Of a DNA stretch of 64,000 nt, positions 37,468 to 49,796 are shown piece by piece. The DNA comes from Trichosphaerium sp. ATCC 40318 (Eukaryota > Protista > Tubulinea): assembly GCA_038496445.1 (NCBI GenBank), contig JALMLS010000013.1, forward strand, positions 62,001 to 126,000, read 5' to 3'. Below the pieces are notes generated by a model. That model saw only the letters and a list, made by a program, of their open reading frames with translations, searched no databases and had not been told where the DNA came from. Within the stretch, counting starts at the first letter, position 1, and the number at the start of each line of letters is the position of its first letter. A program made the translations under genes and the position numbers.

Positions 37468-38092
37468 ATGTCTTCTGAAGAACCAGCAGAAGATATTATT
37501 AATAGATTCGTATCAAGCAAGATCAATCAAAAAGTTGCTGAGCGACACAGAGAAAGTGATGAGTACGTTTGTTGTCATTTTTTTAATGTACCAATTCTTA
37601 TCCTCTACCTCAGAAGCATTGTCGAATATCTACCTCCGGAAGTGCTCCGGTGCTTATATGATATTGCTAAAGAAGACAAAGTCTTAAAGACTCAGTTCTC
37701 GGTTATCAATTATGAGTTTGCTGTAGCTTCTAGCTTTGTTGGTATCCAGTACAGAGTATTGTGACGGAAATCTTCAAGGATTATGCGAAGTGTTTAGTGA
37801 GCAAACTGGAAAAATGATATCTAGGAAAACGTACAAAGATGGTAAGTTAGACGGATTACAAGAACAGTTTAGTAAGAATACAGGAATGATTGTGTCACGT
37901 GAGGAGATTAAACACCAAAGAACGAACGGAATAAGAATACGTTGGTATAAAGATACTACACAAATGTCAGAACGTGGCACTTATGTGTACGGACAGAAAC
38001 ATGGCGTATTTGAGAGGTGGAATATTTGTGGTGGTAAGACAGAGAGTACACTTTATTCTAAGGGTGAGTGGATGGGAGAACTTATTGCTTGA
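37468..38092 (+). CDS. MORN-variant (MORN_2 / YwqK-like) repeat protein with F-box-like N-terminal motif
   Basis: TYKDGKLDG, GTYVYGQKHGVFERW repeats; EYLPPEVLRCL. Introns about 37563-37613 and 37681-37726 join the two ORFs. Confidence 0.7.
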
Positions 38093-38780
38093 GAGTTTAC
38101 CTCTAGTGTTGTACTATAAATAAAAACTAATATCACAAGGAAGTACTTAAGTAGCTTGCTATTGCTGAAAGGGAGGAATGTATCTTTACATCCAACTTTT
38201 ACTGTTGGTACTTCGTAATTGCTCTGTATGCGAACAGTCTTGGTTCAAGTGTTACTGAAAAGCAACGATCAACAGCTAAAAGAACCAAACTGGCAAAAGC
38301 CATACAAATCTATTGACCAATTCTTGTGAACAAGAGTTAGGAGGTTTTGGGCAAAAAAAAAGATTCGGATGTTCTTGGGTGATTGGATAGGCGACTTTTG
38401 GTTCACTATGGACAAACACGGAACACCTTGGAAAGCATACTCGGGCACGTTTTAACTGCTAGGTGTTGAATACAGACAACATTCGCGATAAGCTAAAATA
38501 CGCGCTAGTTTGTCTTTGGTTTAGTGAACTGTCGGGTATGATTTAGCCTCATCCTGATGACGATATTAAACGTGTTTTCGGAGGGTGGTCGTAGAGTCGT
38601 GGCGTTTCAGTCGGCTTAGTACTATCGCTTGACTTCAAGTATTACAGTGTATAGATCTATGGCTAGAATGATATGTATAGGCGTCGCATGTTGAGGGAGA
38701 TTTTGGGTTGATTTAGGAGACACAAAACTTAAAAATACGTAACAGTCCGATTATTCTTCGGTTTCTATCCCACCAGCGAC

Positions 38781-39194
38781 ATGGCTCTCTTTATAAACTG
38801 TTTTACGTATGCGATACAATTGCTGATATCGTTTTTGGATCTACTGAATCAATATGCTTTACCAACATCAGCAAATATAGAGCAACATCATAAACCGCCA
38901 AAAAAGAGGAGTAAATCAATTAAAAAGTCACGTGATCGAAACGAAGCTAAAAAAACCAAACAAGAAACAAAACATACAGTTATAGATGCTACAAGTGTTG
39001 TTAAACCCAATGTGACACGTGAGGTGTCACGTGAGGCGAGACAATCTTCAAAATCTGCTGATTCAAAAAAAGGAAAACTAAAACGTTTCTTTTTGAAGAA
39101 AAAGAAAAAACATATTGTGTTCATTGGTAAGACATCAGTTGAGGTCGCTTCACATACTTATAAATCAATTGCGAGACAAAAAAAAGGTCTGTAG
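38781..39194 (+). CDS. Basic Lys-rich orphan protein, paralog B
   Basis: Conserved blocks shared with 31760-32326. Confidence 0.7.
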   Translation: MALFINCFTYAIQLLISFLDLLNQYALPTSANIEQHHKPPKKRSKSIKKSRDRNEAKKTKQETKHTVIDATSVVKPNVTREVSREARQSSKSADSKKGKLKRFFLKKKKKHIVFIGKTSVEVASHTYKSIARQKKGL

Positions 39195-39795
39195 AATTCG
39201 ACTATGATTGTAACAAATAAACACCACATTGTACAGTATCAGGTTTGTCTTCATTGGCTAATTAATAAAACCTAGTGCTAGCTCTTAGCATATAATTTTA
39301 CATTGCGTTAAGAGACAGAACTTGGCACCACAGTAATTGTTTAATCAATGGCCAAAGATTAACAATAGTATACCATCAATGACACACTGCAATTGAAGTT
39401 GTCGACACTGATGTTAGTATGTCAGTAGTATTAAAGGTTTCTGGAGCAAGTGTACACTTGGAGATGCATTTCAGTTTTCGTTAGCATTAAAGTTGCCTGT
39501 CGTGGCCAGAGCGCTGTCAATGCGTCTAGAGCCCAGATATGATTAAAAGGGATGGTAGGAAATTGGATGCTTGGTCTGCCCTCACGCTTGGCTAGAGAAT
39601 CCAACCGTTTCGAACCCACGTGATTAACAAAACAGCAAAAAAAATTATTTATATTTTGACACGCGGCAGCGTTTACAAAGCCTACAGCATCACTGGCGGT
39701 GTTTTTGGGGTTTAACGTTATTACCCCTGTATTGCTGGTTGGATACTACCAGAGTGCTGGTGTTAGCGTGGGGTAAGCGCTAGCATAGAGCTGTA

Positions 39796-40141
39796 ACGTA
39801 GATTTTTTGAAGCAAAATACAGCAAACAGTGTTTGAGGCATTCATACGTGATTAACGGTAATGTGATAGCTTTGCAGCAGGGATAATACCTTTTTAATTC
39901 GATTTTAGCTTATTGAACACTTCTGTGGTTTGACCGCACCGTGTACAGTGCGTAGGTAAAATACTGCGATCATCTGCCAAGGTCTATTGAAACTGACATT
40001 GAAAATTTTGTTATCACTTACGTTCCAGGTTAGTCTTGCTATGAATAGGATAGTCACACAAATAGTTCACATTTTTATGGATCTATTTGAACTCTGCTAA
40101 AAGTGCTAGAAAATATAAACAACACTTGAATGAGACGGACA
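39796..40141 (+). repeat. Dispersed repeat, copy 2 (homologous to 17-408)
   Basis: Long near-identical blocks; ends CTTGAATGAGACGGACA. Confidence 0.85.
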
Positions 40142-40473
40142 CTAGTTTCATATTCGAGCAACCAACTCCATGAAATATGTGTTTGCTGGTAAGGGGTCAG
40201 TCGAGTCATCGGGAAAACTTCGGAAAAACTCTCTGGTTAACAAACGTTATGTGAATTTTCCTTTTCTTTCAAATGACCGCCCTCGGCTTTGATTACCAGC
40301 TCTATAACATCGTGATATACCGTGTTAAGTGTATCACAACACTTAAGCCAATTTTTTTTAGCCATAACACATTCATCAAACGTGCTTTATACCTTATTAC
40401 CGGTACATCTCACAATATAGTGATGCTGTATCTTACCTTACTACAGGTCTCCATCTGGTAAAAATCTAACAGA

Positions 40474-40845
40474 ATGAACCTTTACTTAGCTACTCTACTC
40501 GTAATCATTGCAGCATGTGCCAGCTCCTCATGGGGATCATGTGCTTTCGACTGGGGTTCTCGTGTGTTTGAAGTTGCGGGCGGAGACAAATACTGTGTTG
40601 AGCGCTGGGGAAGCTGTCCTCTCCCAGGCGCTAACGGCAAATGGTACTCCGACTATAAATTCAACTATAACAACAACCGCGCTGAATGTGCTGGAAAAAG
40701 CCTTGATAGTGGTACATGTAAGTGTAAGAGATGTAGAAGAAGAAAGCCAAGTGATGGCAATGGTGGAAACTTGCGCTGTAACAAAGAATTATCTGGAAGT
40801 AACATTCACTCTTGTAATGCATTAACAACGTACCGGTGTGTTTAA
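40474..40845 (+). CDS. Small secreted cysteine-rich protein, paralog B (intronless)
   Basis: Signal peptide; WGSRVFE..GG..YC..WGSCP..KCKRC..RKPS.G..RC..YRCV*. Confidence 0.85.
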   Translation: MNLYLATLLVIIAACASSSWGSCAFDWGSRVFEVAGGDKYCVERWGSCPLPGANGKWYSDYKFNYNNNRAECAGKSLDSGTCKCKRCRRRKPSDGNGGNLRCNKELSGSNIHSCNALTTYRCV

Positions 40846-41879
40846 AAATAACTCTAATACATGACTTTATCCCAATTTTGGTTTATTATTGTGAACGTAG
40901 ATGAAACTGATAAAGGGCGAGGTTTCGAAAGGTAAAACTAAAAGCTCAACACTTGTCAGTGTAAGAAAATGTTTAGCCAGAATGTAGTTTAAAAAAACAA
41001 GAAAGCGTTTTCGTTAGCGTCCAGGTCCAGTCAGTTCCATGGACGGTGTCTAAAATGTGAAAAAAAGTAGAAACAGCAAAAACATAGAAAAGTACTTCAC
41101 AAGGTACACCCAATGGTTTTCGACGCTCGCAACAGTTTTTCCGTCCTTGCAAGTGTTTTCTGACAGAAACTTGGGTGTGTTTTTCTCTTTACGGTGTTTA
41201 AACCTTTTCAACCAAATATCATCAAGTGTGGTTACTTTACTTTAGGAACTAGCTCACGCCAACACGTTCAGAGCCTTTTCCAGTGTCTTCCTCGATACAT
41301 CAGGCTCCATTGGTCTCTTTCAGAACTCCAGTATTGCCTACAATAGTACCCACAGTGCCAGAGAACATAGAAGCATCACCAGAAGCTGTGAGTATTGTCT
41401 TTGGAGAAGCATCGAGCACAGGTTCAGAAGTTTCTGAAACAACCTAGCTTTCAACATGCATATAATCAGTTCAAGAAAATAGTACCTCAATGACGTTGAC
41501 GAGATGCTACGGTTTTTTGCTTTGTTACAGATTTGTTTTTTTTGTACTGCACCTGAATCACATGTAAGTTCTGTCAACTGTCAGATCCCGTCGGATTGTC
41601 TAGGTCTGACAAAAACCTGCGAGTTCTGTAAAAAGTCACTTGTTGGCATTAACTTGACTGCCACGGACACTAAGTTTCGATGAGGACTGTTTTGCGCAAC
41701 ATGTAGGCTCTACTTTAGTACTATTAGGCCAATGATGGTCACTTGCAGGATGATTAAGATAAGACGCCAATTACTGCTGTACGCAATTTCCACTCAAGCA
41801 CCGTAAACTGTTGACAATAAATACCAGGAAATTATTTTTTTACACTCTGGACCATATTTTTATTCCACAACATTTTACT

Positions 41880-43764
41880 TCAATTTATGTTTTCTTTCTG
41901 TAAGAATAGTTGCAAGTCTTTTAATTGCTTCTTCCATATCCTAAATAGTTATATCACGTGATAAAAAGAAACAGCCAAAAATACAATTACAAAAACAAAC
42001 TGTTTGGTACCTCTTTAGATGCTGTAGAATACGCTATCCGAACACACGATGATTTGTCCCCCGATGCTGTGTAAGGTGATCCCCACCTGAGCAATACCTA
42101 AAAGCAAGTGTAAGCGTAAGCGTGAAATGAGAAGATTTTAAATGTTGAACATGTACCTTTGATGCTACTACTTCTTTGCGTACAAGCTCCTCAGTGTCTT
42201 CTACATCAGTCAATCTTAGCCATAGGAAAAATCCTCCTTTAGGAATAACCCATGTTGCTAATCCTTTGAGGTGCTTGTCACATGAGGAAATCAAAGCATC
42301 TCTCTTTGAAGTGTATATTTTTCTTATACTTTTTGAATGTTGTTCTATGCCTTCCTTTCCCCAATGTTTTAGTATTGATAACACAATCGCTTGACTGACA
42401 CCTTATAATAACAATTAATTAGAATTGCTGGATTTCATTGCAGCCATCAAATGCTATGAGCGATATTGTAGTTTCTGAACAAGAGTGTGAAATACCAATG
42501 GCGTATTTTTAACAAAAAGGTGTTTGTGATTACTGGTAAGTTTACGCTCTTGGACAGAATCCAGATAAAAGTATGTTTAAAACTTGAAGTATTTCTACAT
42601 ACCAGACGGATGAATAATGTCTCCTTGGTTCAATAACTCTATTTTATCAACCAAATACTTTGGCCCTGTAACCCACCCAAGACGAAGCCCTGGTGCTATG
42701 ATTTTACTAAAAGAGTCTAGTCTTAGAACTCTTCCTTCTGTATCCATAATTCTACGAACCAGTATGGGTCATCCTCAATTATTATTAGGTTGTGATCTGA
42801 AGCTATACTCAATAATTCTTTACGTCTTTCGTAAGGTAAAATACTTCCTGTTGGATTTTGTCCTGTAGGTACTACATAAAGAACCTAAAATCGAAAGTAA
42901 GACAACCTTCAAAGCGTACTGAGGTAAACCTTTGGTTTTTTGCTATCTCCAGGCCAATCATATAGTGTCTTCCTTAACAAATCCGGTTTAATACCATCCT
43001 CATCTATTGGTATACCATGCCAAACACATTGTTCCCGAGTAACCTTTGCTCCACTATTTATTTGGTTGATTAGGTAACTACTTTTAAATACAAGTGATCA
43101 AAGAACTTAACTAGTATAGAACCTCTGAGCATAGTATTGTGTCTCCTGTTTCAGTTAAAATCTTCAATATCTTTCCTATACCATCCTTACTTCCTATTCA
43201 AGCATGAGACTCTTTTAATCATCCGCGATATGTACCAGCAAGTGTGCAAACGTCCCAATCACCTTTAGGATTATGCAGATCTTTTTGATATTGCATGAGG
43301 TACTCTAGTAGCTCGTGAATACCTTTCTATTACAAGACTTGTTAGTGGGGTTGATAAGAAATTGAAAAAAAACATAAGATCACGTGATTTCGTAAAATAA
43401 TTTTCAATAGAAAAATGCGTACAGTTGTGGAGTAGCTTACACCTTTCGCTACCATAGGCGAAGAAACATCAATAGATTCTCCTATGTGAGGTTCAATTGA
43501 CATTACAAACGATTTTTCTTACCTGACTTTAATTTGATTGTTATACCAGTTATAGGTATTGCATTTGGTTCAGGCTGACCATTTCCAAGGCTAATCTATA
43601 AAACTTGAGGTAATAAACGAACTTAGATAAAGAACTGTTACCATATCATCGTGTGCGTTAAATACCACGTCAAGAGACCGAAGTGGGTTTGATTTTAGTG
43701 ATTTGCCTTTTGTACTTAATAGCTTTATGTAATCCGATGGACCAAGTCTCTTACTCATGCTCAT
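41880..43764 (-). pseudogene. Class I PLP aminotransferase (AADAT/KAT-II/Aro8-like) with an apparent frameshift
   Basis: ISLGNGQP, VPTGQNPTG, IIEDDPY, MDTEGRVLRLDSFSKIIAPGLRLGW, PKGGFFLW. EDDPYW and MDTEGRV are in different frames at about 42745-42762. Confidence 0.7.
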
Positions 43765-44211
43765 GAAGTGTTGTAAACGGGGCAATAAGTATTTTTGAAT
43801 CACAATAAAAACCAAGCACGGTGACACTTATGAATTTTTTGACAAAGGGCTTAAGAGTCACGTGTTAAAACGCTTGTAACAATTTCTCCTAGCAGAGGCT
43901 TTTCAAAAGATAAAGTTTCTAAAAGTTGATAAGTTGCCATGTTCGTATTTACTACCCAATCCGCTTTTAACAGTATCATGCTTTTGTTCAGTAGGTAATT
44001 GCTCTGGCGGCAATGGCATACCTTGGTATTTCTATAGCAGATGTAACAATATATACAAGCTGGTACTTCTAACCACAATCCTTGTTTAATTAGTCTTGAA
44101 TATGGATTAAACAACTGGATCCAAACAATTCGTGGTTTCCTTTTACTCATTGGCATTCAATATGGACTTCTACTGAATCTAATTTAGACCCTTAATAGTA
44201 GTATTACATCG

Positions 44212-47200
44212 TTATTTTTTGAAAGGGTTTTTCTTTAGCGAAGAACACCATGTTAAAACGTCAGGTGACCTGTCTGTAACTTGTGTATGTTTCATCGTTT
44301 TAAGACTCCTTGCATCTGCAATGTTTTCACAAAACACAACAACAGGAATATTCTTCCACCCTTTATGTCCACGTACTAACCTGTTGACAAACACGTGAGT
44401 TAAATATTAGAACTGATCCGTTCAAAACAAAATTACTTGATGAGATCATGTGCTGCTTTATCACCACCATCATTTTTTCGATATCTGTTTGTTACAATCA
44501 TAAAGTTCCTTCCCTTCAAATGAGGAGCAATTGTATCAAGCCACGACTTTAGTTCCACAGATGATGTCATGCTTATCACCTAAACCAATAATAAAATTAG
44601 ACGTTAATACACGTGACACTAAAAGACTTTTGAAGAACATACTTTGACTTTATGTTTGCTTGATTTCTCGATGACCTTTACTAATTCCTTGTTTTGAAAA
44701 GATAAGTTGTTGTCAACCCAAAGAACAAGTTTATCAGCATCACGCCACTCCACATTTTTGCTTTTCATTTGAGCGAAGACCAGCCCAGAGTTTTTATTGC
44801 TTGAAGTTGTATCAACACGCTTATAGTACACAAGGTATCGAGGTAAAATCTAGGTTAAAGTGATAAATGATTACTCTGTTGTACTAGCTGGTGTTGTACC
44901 TGATCTTTGTTGAAAATTACTATCTCGTCAGCGTCTGGCACTTCGCCAGGCTTACAAGGTGCTTGAATATCCTTGGAAATTGTACTCTTTGTAACAACAT
45001 AGTGTGAGTCATATCCCGCCTACAGCACCATTTATAAGGAACGAAAACAACGGGTAACAACATACAACTAAACCTTTACCAAGAAGCGAAGTTGAGGCAC
45101 CTTTGAAGGGATCCTCTGTAACAGGATATGGTCTACCTAGCATAACTTGTAAGAAAATAATTCTAACATTGTACTGTTACCCATCAGTATCCAAGAAATA
45201 ATCATACACTTCATATTTCCTTGTTTTTTGTTTGCTTTAGCGTACAAAGAACCTAACCAAGTACTTAGTTACCATAAAGGACGTTCTAACTATTGTACCA
45301 TATGAAGGGTATTGTGTAAAGTATATGCCATTACCTAAATAATTTTAAGGAGTAATTGAGAAGAGACGTGTACCAAAATATCCAGGATCAGTGACAGTAA
45401 TGCCCATTTTTTTCTTCTCAGCAGCTTCTAAGAAATTACTTTCTGCTATCTTGAAGCACGTATCCTACACCAGTATAGTTAAAATTCTGCAATGCTAGTT
45501 AGACTTACTTCAGAAGTACCATTGAACCCTGCAATGAGGTTGATTTGCTCATTTCCAGATACACGCATGGTGTACTGCTCCAGATGAGATAATATCCTAC
45601 CAATTCTGTCAAAAAAACTACAACAATCTGAACCCATGTGGGTTATTTTCATACCATTGCTGCCATTCCTTTTTATCCTTCTCTTGGGTTGTATTTGATC
45701 CTGGATCTTGAGAGTTGTGTTAACTTTTTAGGCACAACAATATTACATACTAGAAGGTGGTGAAATAGTATCAGCCTTTAACACTCTTTTTACAAGTTTG
45801 TTGTACATTTCTCCAAACTTTTTCTCAAGGGAAGGGTTGTAGAGCACAGTTGCCTTTGTCATCTCAAACAAAGAACTCTTCTCGTTTCCTACAAACTTGT
45901 AGAACATATCACGAATACGAAGATATTCTTCTTTGCAGTCCTAACTTTGTTAGTAGTGAGTGAAAAAAAAAAGAAAAACACCAAACCTGATGTAATTCAT
46001 TGCCAGTAAGATCAGTATATTTCAGGTTCCCTTTTTGCTTCCACAGTTTCTTAGACTTACCCATCATTGAGGATCTAGTAATATGTTATTATACTGTATA
46101 GTATTGTTTTATAATCGCACTTGATGGTGCTCCAGAGAGGATTGAGAATATCGTTCTGAAAAGGAAAGCCATGAACTAATTCTGACGGACTTATTTGAAG
46201 CCCTGTAAATTCACACTTTTTTCCATGTTTAAGCTCACGTTTTGTCAACGGCAGTATCATGCCCATTTGGGCGCCACATGGGCAAATCGGATTATCTTTG
46301 AGACCAAACTCATTGAGCTCTTTGGAGAGATTTATCTGCCTTAAATTAACAATTTGGCGCTGTATTTTTTCAAGTACCTTCCACATCTCTGGTGCAAGGC
46401 CTCTAACAACAATTGCTATACTGCCATTTTTATAATACAAGGATATCACGTTTCCATCAGGATCTTTAATAATCATAGAATTTGCAAACAACTTGTATCT
46501 GTTGTCTTTTAAACCTTGAATATAATATTAAATACAAACAACGATGAATGCTGAGTTGTGAGTGTACCTTTTAGCTTTCCTTGAAGTTCATTGAATGTGT
46601 CAGTGGTGATGCTTCTATTTTGCTTTACAAGACTGAATGCAAGCACCCTAACAGTGTTGTGAAAGGTGATACAATCTATTTCTGAATGCTTCACTTTCAC
46701 TTTCTTGATAGCCTTTTTGAATACACAATGATAAGTTGTAGTTCTTTCACCTAACATTGTTATGGCTAGTGGGTAGGGCAAAGATAAGCACCTTTCTCAG
46801 TGTGATGAACTCTCATGATTATATCTTTTGCTTTGGTATCACTGATAAACTTCTCCTTGTGGTCTTTGTCCGTAGGTGGAGGCATGTACATCATTTCAGC
46901 TTCAGGTCTCAAGCAATAAAACAAGTATCCTTCTTGACCATAGTTTTTCTATACAATCAACGTTAGTACTTGTCTAGTAGTTTACAGGACGTACAACTTC
47001 TTCATCACCTAGTTTGTAGCATATGTTCATAGATTCAATGTACAACATGATGGCATCACATTCATTGTCAGTAAGTTTTGATAGCTCTGGTATTGCTTTG
47101 ATTTTTTTAACAGCAACAGCATGACTAACGATTGCCGTTCGATGTGTCAATAAGCTTGTTGTGTTTCCATGTACTCTTTGTATATGTTCTTGTGGACCAA

Positions 47201-49322
47201 TAAAACTTGCAATGACACGTGCAATAGTTTGTGGTCTCAAACACACCGTTTGTGTTGCCTAGAGAAGGAATCAATTTATTCAAGCTAGGCATGGGCGTGT
47301 AACAGCTAGCCGGTTAACCCGTAAGATATTTTGTGGCCGTATAAGCCCGAACCACCTCTACAGTGTAAAAAAACACCATAAAGGGTTGTTGTGGTACCTT
47401 ATTGTATGTTATCTTTCCCAGAGAATGTAAATACTCGATTCCATCCATTAGGTTGTGGAACACATCAGGTGAAAACCCAGAATAAACGTTGTACTTGAAC
47501 TTCTGTTCAAGTAATGGTATTATAGTACTCTTTTTTCCCTTCAATAATATAAACATGTCATCTCTAGAATGCGTTTATAAGCACCAAGTGCAACAAAAGG
47601 AAAGAAAATTATGAGAAAAATGAAAGGTATGAAAAACTCGTACACTGTCCACAATACTTGTGATGAATCAAATATGCTTGTTTCTTCTATTAGATATGTA
47701 AATTGTACTTGTGATTCAATGGACCACGTTGTTGTTGAGCTTATACACGTTGATAGTATTTTCCTGAACTTATCAACACTTTTATCTGAATAGTTGAAAC
47801 AACTGAATTAGTAGAGTTTACAACAGTAACCAGTCAGTGTACACTTACTAGATAACGATGACATGACCATATCCTTGCTGAATGTAACTTCAATCTTATT
47901 CTTAGGCGCTTTGGATATATGATCACTCAATTGTTTGTTTATGTTGGCCACAATATCATCTAGAGTATTTTCTGGATCTCGAACAAGATCAAGTTTGTTT
48001 CCGACAACTATCAAATGACGTTTTTGCCTTGAATACAACAATCCCTTGGAACCAAGAACATCAAGCCAATGACAAATATGTTGTGTTTGTATACTCAAAT
48101 TAGTTGACACATCAATCTCATTTAACAAGTTAGTTACAATGAACAACAAACGCAGTAAATGTTGGAAATACCATAATAATATAAATAGAATTTCTGTCAG
48201 AAAAGAAAGACTTGTGACTTGTTAAATACTCCATCTGACCTCCAAAGTCATATGCAATACAATCTACATTCTTAACTAAATTCAATTGTCGCGTACTCAA
48301 AGATATAGTGGATTTTGTTACACCTTTTGATCGCTGTTGTTCAACTTTGTTTAGCAAAGTCGTTTTCCCTGTTAAGAAGTTAAAAGAGATAGCATTCGCC
48401 AAGTACTGGTACCTGATCCACCGTGTCCGAGTATAAGTAGTTTTACTCCGCACTTATATACGTGGCGCACTCTCTTTGATCCGACATAATTCACACAAGC
48501 ATCAAACACCTCACTTATATGTTCCGTCCATAGTATATCCAGTGAACACTCCCAGTAATCAAAGGCACTGATATCATTAGCAAGTAGGCTTCCTTTGTTT
48601 ACGTTGATTAATAAACTATCATGTGATAAACAAGGTACCTTGTTCAAAAGTAATATGTTCTGAACCACTGATTCCCAGGGCTGTATCTTTTTGACTAGCG
48701 GAACGTGAGTTGTTTGAGTCATCTCTAAGTTCTATTTGACTGCCAACCAACAAATAAGGTGTGTATGGAGCAAACTGTCTTAGTTCTGGCAACCACTAAT
48801 AGTTACTAAATAAGCACCCAAAATCAATCACTTCAATAAAGGCCTGTACCTTATCTTTTACAGAATGAAAGCTCTCATGGTCAACAACAGAGAAAATAAG
48901 AATGAAGACATCAGCCAACTTGAAAGAGTTTGTTTTAGTTGTAGCTTTCAACAAAATAAAGAAAACCACGTGGTTACACATACTGGGTAATATAAATGTC
49001 TTTCTGGATCTGATTCATCTGTATTCTTAAATCAAAAGTAAGTTCAAAAGGTTTGTAACCAATGTGTAGTACTAGTATCGCCAATTCTGTTTTCCCTGCT
49101 AGTATATAATGTGTCTCTACAGTTAGTTAACAAAAAGTTAAAGTCACGTGCACCACGTGCGCCCAAAGATAAAAAAGAGCAGAATAAATAAAAATAAAAA
49201 GCACCTTCTTTGCTAATGCTTTTACGTTGATATATCTCGCGGTGTCTTGCTTCGAATGATTTGATGAGCTTTTTCTTTAACTCATCTTTACCAACAAGTT
49301 TAATAACTGGGAATTCCGCCAT
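44212..49322 (-). CDS. Atypical Roco protein: Rho-like pseudoGTPase + Roc + COR + PARP-like ADP-ribosyltransferase + receiver-like domain
   Basis: ADVFILIFSVVDHESF, WLPELRQFAP (Rho-like); GHGGSGKTT, DFGGQ, GNKLD (Roc); VCLRPQTIARV (COR); FNGT, DPGYFGNGIYFT, DEIVIF..QILPRYLV (ART); LVLWVDNN..IPVVVF. Confidence 0.8.
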
Positions 49323-49796
49323 TGGAGAAGGCGCACACTTACAATCTTTAACGATTAGGGTAAAACACGCGTTTCAAACTGACGAGCTACAAATATTTGA
49401 GTTTTGTTGCTTGATATGGCTTTTACGTTGTATTATTGCGCATGCAAGCGCTAGATTACAAAAGGGTTCCTCTACAGGATAAAAAAAATATATTACCTTC
49501 AAATACAGTCCTTTAGCATGTAAGAGCTTAGAATGTTTGTAATAGAGTTCCAACAAGAAAATAGCGCCATTTGATATTTCTACATTTCAGCTTTTGATGT
49601 TGTCACAGCTGGTCAAATAGCATTCATTGAAATAAAAGACAACACTTGATAGTATTGTGGTATACACTCCTAAGATGCTATTTGGTACAAGTTCATTGTA
49701 CATAATTACTAGTACTTTAATTTCAAATGGACACTGGGCATGGTTATGTGTAATCGTGTTTTTATTGTTATGGTACATTTTTTTGGTTTAAGGCTT

